DNA of 32,000 nucleotides, from NCBI RefSeq assembly GCF_016127575.1, contig NZ_CP066018.1:3570001-3602000 (forward strand). Direction: 5' to 3'. Shown here piece by piece: positions 1 through 7,994 of this stretch. The stretch's first letter is position 1. Each line of letters begins with the position of its first letter. The stretch comes from Cupriavidus necator. Lineage in GTDB: Bacteria; Pseudomonadota; Gammaproteobacteria; Burkholderiales; Burkholderiaceae. Below the pieces are notes generated by a model. The model had not been told where the DNA came from, ran no database searches, and saw only the letters and a list, made by a program, of their open reading frames with translations. Position numbers and translations under genes: made by a program.

Positions 1-222
1 CTCAAATCGCGACCGCTCACAACACTGTCCTTGCTGCACCTGCGGACATCGGACCGAGCCAAATGAGCAGAACACGCAGCAGTCTCCCGACTTGGGTTTC
101 AGCAGCACTCTGCAATGCCGACACTCATAGAAGAACACGCACGCATCCATAGGCATGGTCTCCCGCTGCGCCCACCCGCAATGTGGACAGGTCACGACTG
201 ATTCGAGGATGACGTCGTGCAT
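1..222 (-). CDS. GDCCVxC-domain Cys-rich small protein (partial; 3' end runs off the left edge)
   Basis: Own minus-strand translation from ATG at 222: MHDVILESVVTCPHCGWAQRETMPMDACVFFYECRHCRVLLKPKSGDCCVFCSFGSVRCPQVQQGQCCERSRFE... The CPxCG, YECxxC and GDCCVFC motifs fit the GDCCVxC (seleno)protein family. It is absent from the ORF track because no stop lies in the window. Confidence 0.65.
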   Translation of the reverse strand, partial: MHDVILESVVTCPHCGWAQRETMPMDACVFFYECRHCRVLLKPKSGDCCVFCSFGSVRCPQVQQGQCCERSRFE

Positions 223-277
223 CGCGCTATCGTCGTTGAAGATCAGACAGATCGCCCGCGCTTCCCGTCCACATGGC

Positions 278-753
278 TCAGTGCTCCGAAGCGTCCATGA
301 GACGCCGGTGAATCAGCCAGTCAACCGAGAGCGCCCCGCCCCCCCGTGCCAGCAGTACCAGCAGCATCGCCGCCCACTGGATATGCGTGGGCCATGCCAG
401 CGGATAGACGAACAGCTGGATCACCGTGATCATGCCAAGCAGTATCAGCGCCACGGGGCGGGCTGCCAGGCCGAGCACCAGCAGTACTGGCGTTGTCAGC
501 TCAACGGATACCGCCAGGTAGCGGCCAGTTCGGGCGGCAGTAGCGGCAGCCGGTATTCCCCCCGGAACAGTTCCACCGCCGTTGCCCAGTTCGCCAGCTT
601 GGCCATGGCTGAATTCCAGAAGACGGTGGCAACCGCGAGCCGCAACGGAATGGCCAGGATTGTGTATGGCATGCGATCGAGCCAATCCACCACGCGTTGC
701 GCGTGCGCGACTATCGTGAGGGGGGTGTGGGGAGGGGGCGTGGCGTGTGTCAT
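278..753 (-). pseudogene. DoxX-family membrane protein, interrupted by a 1-nt frameshift
   Basis: ORFs 496..753 and 278..685 read as one DoxX protein. The N-terminal part ends ...LRLAVATVFWNSAMAKLANW...LFRGEYRLPLLPPELAA, the frame changes near 519-525, and it continues YLAVSVELTTPVLLVLGLAARPVALILLG... The two parts are colinear with the intact DoxX at 16332..16841 (LFESEYAVPLLSPTLAAYLGTAAELCLPVLLVLGLGTRAAALALF). Confidence 0.7.
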
Positions 754-1034
754 GGCGAGAGATCCAGAATGGGTAAGTCAGAGATCTGGGTCCGGCTAGC
801 TGTCACCAGCATGGCGGTCACGTCATCCAGCATCGCTCCCAGCATGCCGCGCTGGACCTGGCCTGCCGGGTTCAGGAAGGCCGGCGTGGCGTGGTAGGCG
901 GATTCCAGCGTTCCCGCTTTCAGGTCGACCGCACCGATTCTTCCACCAAGCAACGAGCAGATGGGGGGGGGCGGCACCTGTCCGCGCTGCATCCTGGCGA
1001 AGTAGTTGTCCAAGTTCATATCCAATGATGTCAT
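750..1034 (-). CDS. PaaI/hotdog-fold thioesterase-like protein, apparently C-terminally truncated (94 aa)
   Basis: LGGRIGAVDLKAGTLESAYHATPAFLNPAGQVQRGMLGAMLDDVTAML resembles the N-terminal half of PaaI-type thioesterases. The ORF stops about 50-60 aa early, and its stop overlaps the DoxX start (ATGA at 750-753). Confidence 0.45.
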   Translation of the reverse strand: MTSLDMNLDNYFARMQRGQVPPPPICSLLGGRIGAVDLKAGTLESAYHATPAFLNPAGQVQRGMLGAMLDDVTAMLVTASRTQISDLPILDLSP

Positions 1035-1094
1035 TCCCAGTCCTCCCCCATCAGCAGTTCAGGTGCTTCTTCATCCCGAGCAGGGCCAGCGGCG

Positions 1095-1630
1095 TTATGC
1101 CGGCCAGCTTTCGCTCAACTCAGCGGCCTGCGTCTGCAGCGCATCCGGGTCGCCGGCCACGCGGTCAAGGAAGCCGCATGCCAGCATCTGCGCGGCATCG
1201 AGCTTATCGACGGCCAGCAGTACGCGTTTGGCGGTGGCCAGGCCGAGCCGAGACACGTAGCGCTCCAGCCCGCCGCGGTAGAACAGCAGCCCCAGCCGCG
1301 CCGCCGGCATGAACATGTCGACGCCATGCGCGCCAAGCCGGAAATCGCAGGCTAGCGCGAGATCGGTAGCGCCGCCGTACAGGCCGCCCTGGATCAAAGC
1401 GATGGTGACGGGCCGCGCCGCTTCCAGCGCGTTGGCCAGCGCTTCGAAGCGCTCGCCGGCGTCGCTACTGCCGACCTTTCCGATATTGAAGCCGCTGCAG
1501 AATGCAGGCCCCGAGTCTCGATGCGCAGCACCAGCACGTCGGGACGGGCATTGACGGCGGCGATCTGCTCGCGCATCAGGTCGAGGTCTTCCGGCTTCGC
1601 ATTCGCTTTGAGCGTAGGGCCGACATTCAC
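1095..1630 (-). pseudogene. enoyl-CoA hydratase/isomerase (crotonase) family, frameshifted
   Basis: The N-terminal part sits in the frame of ORF 1394..1630 (...DLDLMREQIAAVNARPDVLVLRIETRG). It continues in the frame of ORF 1095..1637 (AFCSGFNIGKV...PVTIALIQGGLYGGATDLALACDFRL...MPAARLGL). One nt is missing near 1500-1507. The 5' end is uncertain: an out-of-frame ATG at 1697 suggests a further upstream lesion. Confidence 0.6.
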
Positions 1631-2276
1631 GAAGCATTCCTCAAACTCGGTTGGTCCCTTGTCTGCTGGAACATCTTCAGGCGTACGGAGCAGTCATTTT
1701 GAAACGGTCTCTTATCAATTTCCGCGCGTGATCCCACGTCCTGATGTGAAACCACTCTGTACCACCCGATCCTGGCAACGGTTTTAGCGATGTTTATATA
1801 GCAGTTCGTGCAGGACCCTTTTCTGCTGCGCGACAGGAGCGCGAAGTCCCCCTGTAAATAATGGATGACTCGTGATCTATAGGCTGCCGACACGCAAAGA
1901 GCGATGCCAAACATCTCTTGCTATTCCGATCTTAAATTCTTTTAGATTGGAATGACGCAGCATATATAAAAATCTGAACTCGTCCATCGTTGATTCACTT
2001 TACGTTGGGCTTGCATGTAATCCTCAAGCGCAAAGTTTTCTGCAAAAATTATGAAGAAGATCGATGCGTAGCAATCCTCGACAACGAGGGCTCCTTTCAG
2101 TGGCTTCGGTTGGGGATGGGTGTCCGGTATCTAAAAATCCGCCACATCCCTCGGCAAGCCTCCGATTTGGCTGAAATTTTCAGCACCGGTACCCAAGGTC
2201 AGCCCGTAGTCGGCCATCTCCGCCTGGATCCAGCGGATCGCCGCCGCCCGCTCAGTTTTTGCTGTCATCGCTGTCG

Positions 2277-3353
2277 TCACTGCTGTCCGCTGCCGTCATC
2301 CGGCTTGGAGGCGGCCGCTGGCGCGCCCTGCTTGTCGTCTTGCTGTTCGTCCCGTGTTTCGCTTGGCACCGCCTCGTCGTTCGGCGCCGGGCCGCCGGCC
2401 TTGCGCCGCCGTCCGCCACCACCCTCGCCCCGCCCCAGATGCGCCCCCCGCAATTTTGCCAGCAGCTGCCGCGCCAGCGCCGCTTCGGCCTCAGCGCGCT
2501 CCGCGCGGCGCTGCGCCGCGCCCAGCTCCGCCTGCACCGCGTCCAGGTCGTTCGCCGCTTTGCGCTGCGACTGCTCGGCGGCCGCGAGCCGATCGGCGAG
2601 CGCCGCGGCCTGGGCCTCGAGCCGGGCCCGGACTTCGGCCTGTGCCACCGCCGCGTCGCGCGCCTCGCTGCGCGCCGCCACCAGCTCGCCGCGCAGTGCT
2701 TCGGCCGTGCGCTCGCTCTGCTGGCGCGCGGTACGCTCCGCGTCCAGTTCGCGCAAGGCCCGTCGCTCGCTGGCTTCGGACCCGCTCCTGGGCAAGGGTC
2801 ACCGCCTCGCGGGCACGCTCCAGCTCGGTCGAGAATTGGGTACGCAGTTCCGCCAGTTGCCGCCCCCGGCCTCCAGTTCCGCCCGCCCCGCTTCCAGCCG
2901 AGCTTGGGTCGCCGCGTGCGCCTGCCGCTCCGCGGCCAGCGTCCCCTGACCCTCCTCGATGGGTTGGCGCTCGGCTTCAGCAGCGCTGGCGGCGGCGCGC
3001 GCCTCTGCGCGCAGCGTGGCCAGCTCGCCGGTGGCGGCCTCGTTGGCCGCCTGCCAGATGGTCTGGACCGCCCCGGCCGCGATGTCCTTCAACGCCTCCG
3101 GCAAGTCGGGATGGTCGATGGTGACGCGCGTGCGGCCGCGCAGCTCCTGCCAGAACGCCTGCAGCACCTCGGCCGGCGTGCCCATGCTGCCCTTGCGCAC
3201 CAGGCTGTAGAGCTTGTTGGCGGTGGGCGTGACGCCGTAGCGGAAGAACAGCAGGCCGCAGACCTCGCGGTAGAGCGCGCGGGTCTCGGGAAAGCGGCTG
3301 CGCAGCTCAGCCAGGTCGGTTTGCAGCGCGGCGTCGGTCGGAGACCGCGCCAA
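2277..3353 (-). pseudogene. KfrA_N-like DNA-binding protein with long Ala/Glu/Arg coiled coil, two frameshifts
   Basis: The N-terminus (TTG start at 3353) reads MARSPTDAALQTDLAELRSRFPETRALYREVCGLLFFRYGVTPTANKLYSLVRKGSMGTPAEVLQAFWQELR, which resembles the plasmid KfrA N-terminal domain. The coiled coil runs through three frames: ...RAELEAGG (shift near 2862-2870, G/C run) LAELRTQFSTELERAREAVTLAQERVR (shift near 2785) SEASERRALRELDAERTARQQ... and ends at 2277. Confidence 0.55.
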
Positions 3354-3500
3354 AGCGGTCTCCTTTTTGTGCGGTGCACCTGCGTGCCACTGCCTTGTCT
3401 CGCTATCGGCAAGTTGAAAGCGCCCCCCGTAGTGGCCTGTAGTGGCCGGAGGTGTGATCAGGCTTTTGGTTTGGCTGCTGCGGCGGTAGGCGTTCTCGCC

Positions 3501-4361
3501 TTAATACAAGACCGACGGCAGGAACGAACCTTCCGGCTGCTGGTATAGCCCGATGCTCATCAAGGTCATCGGCTGCACAATGCGCAGCCCGCGTTCCAGG
3601 CACCAGCGCAGCAACTCCCCATTGCGCGTGGGCAGAAGGAATCCGGGGCCGGCAAAGGCGGGGGCGGCGCCGATCAGCGCTTTCATGCCCGTGTTGTTTT
3701 CAGCGACGGCGTGCCCGAAGAATCCGATGGCGGTCGCATAGGCCACAATGCGTCCGTCGTGTGCAGCCACACTCGCCGTTCCCTGGTCGATTGCATCGCG
3801 CAGTTCGCCTGCGCGCTCATGTCCGTGAACCTGCAGGCAGAGGCGGTTGCAGGCGTCGAGGTCTGATGGTACAGCCGCCCGCACTGGGTAGCCAGGGACT
3901 TTTGCATTCACTGCGCTGCCCTGCAGTACTGAAAGCGGTTCCCGCGCTTCGAAGCCAAGACGGGCGTAAAGCGACAACGAGCGATTGTGATATGCCGCCT
4001 GGACGAGTCGAATGCCGGCGGCATTCCTGCTGCGGCCGCGCTGCAGTACGTGCTCCATCAGGGCGTGTCCAACTTTCCTGTCTTGAACCGAGGGGTCGAT
4101 GGTGATGGGGCCAATGCCGACGATTGGCCCACCTTCCCACAGAAAATTGCTGCCGATGACGTCGCCGTCGATTTCGGCTACGACCGAGAAGACATCCTCG
4201 CGCGAGAACAAGTCGGCCATCAGGCCAACCGCTACATCGGGCGAGGGAAAATCCGGCGGGAAGGCATGTGCCTGGGCAATCGCCGCGAAGGCGCTGAAAC
4301 AGATGGCGCCGCATCGCGCGGCGTCTTCCGGCTTTCCTGATCTGAGTTGCAGCGTCATCAA
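3501..4361 (-). CDS. two-domain GNAT family N-acetyltransferase
   Basis: Intact 286-aa ORF. The motifs VVAEIDGDVIGSNFL...GIGPITIDPSVQDRKVGHALMEHVLQR...IRLVQAAYHNRSLSLYARLGF are typical of the GNAT acetyl-CoA binding core, and a second GNAT-like C-terminal half follows. Confidence 0.8.
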   Translation of the reverse strand: MMTLQLRSGKPEDAARCGAICFSAFAAIAQAHAFPPDFPSPDVAVGLMADLFSREDVFSVVAEIDGDVIGSNFLWEGGPIVGIGPITIDPSVQDRKVGHALMEHVLQRGRSRNAAGIRLVQAAYHNRSLSLYARLGFEAREPLSVLQGSAVNAKVPGYPVRAAVPSDLDACNRLCLQVHGHERAGELRDAIDQGTASVAAHDGRIVAYATAIGFFGHAVAENNTGMKALIGAAPAFAGPGFLLPTRNGELLRWCLERGLRIVQPMTLMSIGLYQQPEGSFLPSVLY

Positions 4362-4462
4362 GGTTCTCTTTTTTTCAAGGGCCCAGGCAACCGAAAACCA
4401 TATTCCACAAAATCAATGCGTTACGCATGGACTTCACAGCTTAGAAACCGAACTGGCAATTT

Positions 4463-4484
4463 CAATTCGCCATAAGGCGAATTG
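4463..4484. promoter_or_regulatory. perfect 9-4-9 palindrome CAATTCGCC-ATAA-GGCGAATTG, candidate operator
   Basis: Read directly from the sequence. It lies about 100 bp upstream of the GNAT start (4361, minus strand) in an AT-richer intergenic stretch. Confidence 0.3.
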
Positions 4485-5170
4485 ACAAACCGGGGTGTCT
4501 TCGCTGTAAACCTCCGATAGCATGGCCCGGTGTCGAACTTAGCACGTGTGGATAGCGGTCATGAACTCGGAAATTGCGAAAGTGTCGCCAGTCGCCGGGC
4601 GACCACGAGGTTGTGGCGCCGTTCGCGCAGAGTGGCGATCACGTCCGCCGGCAAGTGCGACTCGACGTTGACCATCGGCCCATGCGCGATCCGCAAGCGC
4701 GGGGCATCGCTCATGGCCTGCGGGAATCGCTGATCAATAGCCGCTGAGCGGAGCGTCAGCGCTTGTTTGACATCCGACTTTCACAATTCGGGAGAGTGGG
4801 AGTGGTTTGAACCCGATTTGGGGCCGAATGGCACCCATTACTCTCCCTTCTTCAGCCACCAGATCGGCAGCTCGCCGACGCCTTCGGCGGCGGGCTGGTA
4901 TATGATATGACGCGCTCGGCTTCTATATGGTGGCCTGGCAGGCCGGCGTCGGGCTGGACGTGGCCGCCGGGCTGGCACAAATCGCATTCGCCGCGGCCTC
5001 GCGCCGGCGGCCGCCGGCGCTGGCGGCGACCTAGATTCCTGAGATGCGGGGTGGTGCCATGCCTTGGCACGTCGGCTTCGGCTCGCTAGGCTTTTAAGGG
5101 TGACCTTTCAGCGGCGGCGCACCGGTGCGCACGGCGCTAGTCCCCGAGGCCAATCTGCGAGACTGGATCG

Positions 5171-6631
5171 ATGATACACGCGCGAAACGTCATCCGCAGC
5201 ATCATCCTGCTCCTGGCTGGATTCATCCTGGCAGCCTGTGGCGGCAGCGTGGACGTTGTCATCACTAGCGGCGGGTCGTCACGCGGCGCGCTCTCGGTGG
5301 TGATCTTGGGATTGCCCGCCGGCACGAGCGGCGATGTGACCGTGACCGGCGCTGGCGGCTTCCGCCAGCGCCTGGGCGCATCCGCCACGCTGACCAATCT
5401 GGCAAGCGGGGCTTACACGGTGAAGGCTGCAGCAGTGCTGACCGGCAGCACGACGCTGACTCCGCAGCCCAGCACCCAGCAGGTGGCCGTAGGCAGCACA
5501 ACCGCGACAGCCACGGTGACCTATACGGCCGCCCAGTCCTTCAGCCTCGCGCTGCGGGAGGTGGCTTCCGGGCTGGCTGGGCCAGTCTTCCTGACCGCGC
5601 CGGCCAATGACACGCGGCTGTTCGTGGCCGAGCGCGCCGGGCGCATACGCATCGTGCAGAACGGTGTGCTGCTGGCGACGCCGTTCCTGGATATCTCGAA
5701 CCTGACCACGACGGACGGCGAGCGCGGCTTGCTCTCGCTGGCGTTCGATCCGGCATATGCCGCCAACGGTCGCTTCTACGTCTATTACACCGACACCGCA
5801 GGCGATATCACGATCGCCCGCTACCAGGTGTCCGCGGCAAATCCCAACGTGGCGGACACGGCTGGGACCATCGTGCTGAGCATCGCGCATCCGAACTTCA
5901 ACAACCACAACGGCGGGCTGCTGGCCTTCGGCCCCGACGGGATGCTCTACCTTGGCATCGGGGACGGCGGCGGCGCAGGCGATCCGTCCGGACACGCGCA
6001 GGACACCGGCTCCCTGCTGGGCAAGCTGCTGCGGATCGATGTCAGCCGCGCCGGCAGCCAGCCGTATGCCATCCCGCCCGACAATCCCTTCGCCGCCCAG
6101 GCCGGCCTGCGCGGCGAGATCTGGGCCATGGGCCTGCGCAATCCCTGGCGCTTTGCCTTCGATCCCGCCGAAGCCAGTCTCTATATTGCCGATGTGGGAC
6201 AGAACCAGCGCGAGGAAATCGATGTGGCGCCATTGGCCAGCGCCGGCCTGAACTACGGCTGGAACCTGACCGAAGGCTCGTTGTGCTTGGCGTCCGTGCC
6301 ATGCAGCCCACAGGGCTTTGTCCTGCCCCTGCTGGAATACGGCCACGACGCCGCTGGCGGATGCGCGGTGGTGGGCGGCTACGTCTACCGCGGCAGCGCC
6401 ATGCCGGCACTGCGCGGACGCTACCTCTATTCGGACCTGTGCAGCGGCTGGCTGCGCAGCTTTGCCTACCGGGACGCGGCGGCCGAGCAACTGGACTGGG
6501 GCGTTGCCATCCCGGGCAGCGTGTTCTCGTTCGGCGCAGATGCGCAGGGCGAACTCTACGTGCTGGCCGATACCCTTGCGTCCGGCACGAGCGGCAGGGT
6601 ATATCGCATCGTCGAGCGCGGCGCGCCCTAG
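5171..6631 (+). CDS. PQQ-dependent sugar dehydrogenase-like lipoprotein (soluble glucose/sorbosone dehydrogenase beta-propeller family)
   Basis: Intact 486-aa ORF with a lipobox (ILLLAGFILAAC-GGS). Family motifs are LAFDPAYAANGRFYVYYT, HNGGLLAFGPDGMLYLGIGDGGGAGDP, GKLLRID, GLRNPWRFAFDP and ADVGQNQREEI. Confidence 0.85.
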   Translation: MIHARNVIRSIILLLAGFILAACGGSVDVVITSGGSSRGALSVVILGLPAGTSGDVTVTGAGGFRQRLGASATLTNLASGAYTVKAAAVLTGSTTLTPQPSTQQVAVGSTTATATVTYTAAQSFSLALREVASGLAGPVFLTAPANDTRLFVAERAGRIRIVQNGVLLATPFLDISNLTTTDGERGLLSLAFDPAYAANGRFYVYYTDTAGDITIARYQVSAANPNVADTAGTIVLSIAHPNFNNHNGGLLAFGPDGMLYLGIGDGGGAGDPSGHAQDTGSLLGKLLRIDVSRAGSQPYAIPPDNPFAAQAGLRGEIWAMGLRNPWRFAFDPAEASLYIADVGQNQREEIDVAPLASAGLNYGWNLTEGSLCLASVPCSPQGFVLPLLEYGHDAAGGCAVVGGYVYRGSAMPALRGRYLYSDLCSGWLRSFAYRDAAAEQLDWGVAIPGSVFSFGADAQGELYVLADTLASGTSGRVYRIVERGAP

Positions 6632-6727
6632 GGCCTGACGCACTGGACTAATGTCAGGCGCAGCCAACCTGGATGTAGAAGGCTATTTTTGCCCGTTCCC
6701 CGAAAACTGGAAATCTCCCGCCAGCCC

Positions 6728-7196
6728 TTAACAGGCAAGGCTTTGCGGGGTGCGATTGATCTTGAAAGTGGGCCGAACGAGCCCTTCCCGGCCATCGAGC
6801 CTGTATTGTTCGGGGGAACTCAGTCGGAGGACGCAGCCGGCGACAGTGAGAAGCTCAGAAGTTGTAACCTTGGTCGCACCGGTAGTGCCAGTCTGAGACA
6901 GCAAGTCGCGTACTCTGGCCGGCGCGAACCGGGACGAGTTGGGCAAGGGACACGACGATCTCGCGCTGGTTGTGCTGCATTTGAACAAAGATGGAGACGC
7001 GGCACAGCTGGTCATGAGCGAGCCCAGTGACGGAGACTCGTTCGCCGGAGCGAAGCGGGCTGGGCGATCTCGTGCACGAGCTGTTTGCGCGTGCGCGTGA
7101 GGTCGCGCAATTCCTGTGTCGCTGCGGGCGGCACGAAGCTGGCGCGGATCAGGCCATGCGCCAGCAGGTCGGCGATCCACATCGCGTCGGAATTCC
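6728..7196 (-). mobile_element. IS110-family transposase N-terminal remnant (frameshifted, 5'-truncated)
   Basis: Minus-strand translation gives ...NSDAMWIADLLAHGLIRASFVPPAATQELRDLTRTRKQLVHEIAQ..., the hallmark IS110 segment (D-x-DA-x-IA-x-LL-x-G-L-x-x-S-F-VP...QELRDLTR-x-RK). Further related pieces (…SELLTVAG..LR..PEQ…LDGR) lie in other frames down to about 6728. Confidence 0.5.
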
Positions 7197-7560
7197 ACCA
7201 CGGGTAATGGCACGCAGCAGCCAGCGGATATTGAATCCCACCGCACAGAGCACTGGGCGCAGCGCGTCGCCGATTTGCCCTTCAGCCAGCACCTGCGCAT
7301 GCCGTGGTTGTATGGCCGATGAGGCTCAACAGTCTGGCGACGTTTGAGCCAACGGCGTTGTTCTGCATAGAGCGATGACCGCCATACGGGTTGCCGGGGA
7401 AGCTGCGCGCGCCCCACGATCCATCCCTGCCTGGCGGTGATCGTCAGGCAGACTTGCCGATGCATTCAACCTCCGGCGCATGCAGCGCGTACAGCTTGTT
7501 CTTGTCTTTGGGCGGCAGGCGGTCGAGGCGCCAGGCGCGCTCGATCCAAACCTGCGATCC
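7197..7560 (-). mobile_element. IS5-family transposase C-terminal remnant, multiple frameshifts
   Basis: The minus-strand pieces are VWIERAWRLDRLPPKDKNKLYALHAPEVECIGK, ...RRWLKRRQTVEP / LIGH / HGMRRCWLKG / GDALRPVLCAVGFNIRWLLRAI. They are spread over three frames but follow the order of IS5-group DDE transposase C-termini. Confidence 0.55.
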
Positions 7561-7630
7561 CTGTCGGCATAGTGACCCTCGCGCGCCGTTTGGCGATCGC
7601 CCTGTGGCGCTATCTGAAAGATGGAGAGAG
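7560..7630 (+). mobile_element. possible IS110-family transposase C-terminal scrap (about 21 aa)
   Basis: Plus-strand GIVTLARRLAIALWRYLKDGE resembles the conserved IS110 C-terminal helix (IVA-x-ARKLA-x-x-LWR). It is very short, and its orientation is opposite to the N-terminal remnant at 6728..7196. Confidence 0.3.
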
Positions 7631-7882
7631 AGGGCTTGAGTGTTGCCCCGAGTGGAATCTCTCCCGGGCCATTCTACCGAAGGCTTACTGCAACACAGCC
7701 ACGCAAGGGGCAAGGCCACCTCTCGCGAGGAAACTGCTCGTCGGCAGCGGAACGGTTCACGCTCGCCGCCTGATCCCCGCGCATTGGCTGGATGGAAAGC
7801 GTTTCCCTTGCCGCCCGCAAGTACCGCTGCGCCGAAACCGCTAGAGTCGCCCACGCCGCGGTTGCCGCCGTCCGTGGGCATC

Positions 7883-7994
7883 GTGAAGAAAATTTGAGGT
7901 TTGTGCGACGCAAGCGTGAGCCCTGTTTCTCATACTGCAGCACAGAGACAGCTACCCCTACTGTCCATCCAAATCTGATGTCGGGGTATGAATC
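7883..7994 (+). promoter_or_regulatory. conserved promoter/5'-leader block, copy A (paralog of 15798..15910)
   Basis: Hand alignment with 15798..15910 gives roughly 70% identity. Perfectly shared islands are GTGAAGAAAATTTGA, CAAGCGTGAG, CATACTGCAG and CAGAGACAG. The distance to the ATG is almost the same (112 vs 113 nt). Confidence 0.55.

Noticed and set aside
155-799. 214-aa plus-strand ORF at the left edge
   Set aside because: It overlaps the GDCCVxC and DoxX reading frames on the other strand and has no recognisable features.
1990-3548. Long plus-strand ORFs (319, 429, 256 aa), extremely rich in Arg/Ala/Pro/Ser
   Set aside because: They are antisense shadows of the KfrA-like coiled-coil gene in high-GC DNA. 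They have low-complexity composition, no recognisable motifs and no plausible start context.
4560-5045. Gene scraps: a minus-strand peptide MSDAPRLRIAHGPMVNVESHLPADVIATLRERRHNLVVARR (gamma-glutamyltransferase C-terminus-like, about 4560-4712) and a plus-strand GFYMVAWQAGVGLDVAAGLAQIAFAAASRRRP (transporter C-terminus-like, about 4915-5030)
   Set aside because: Both are under 55 aa and the family assignment rests on a few residues. They are plausible pseudogene debris but not strong enough to annotate.
5279-6667. 462-aa minus-strand ORF covering the whole sugar dehydrogenase gene
   Set aside because: The plus-strand frame carries clear family motifs and a lipobox. The minus-strand ORF is Ala/Arg/Gly-rich with no motifs, which is typical of a GC-driven shadow ORF.
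7883-7945. Attempt to assign the conserved leader block to a promoter class (sigma-70, ECF, sigma-54) or to OmpR-type direct repeats
   Set aside because: TTGAAA/TTGAGG hexamers lack a convincing -10 at 17 nt. CATACT lacks a -35. There is no GG-N10-GC element. The GAAAATT tandem in copy B has 8-nt periodicity and is degenerate in copy A. The block is reported only as conserved, with no class assigned.
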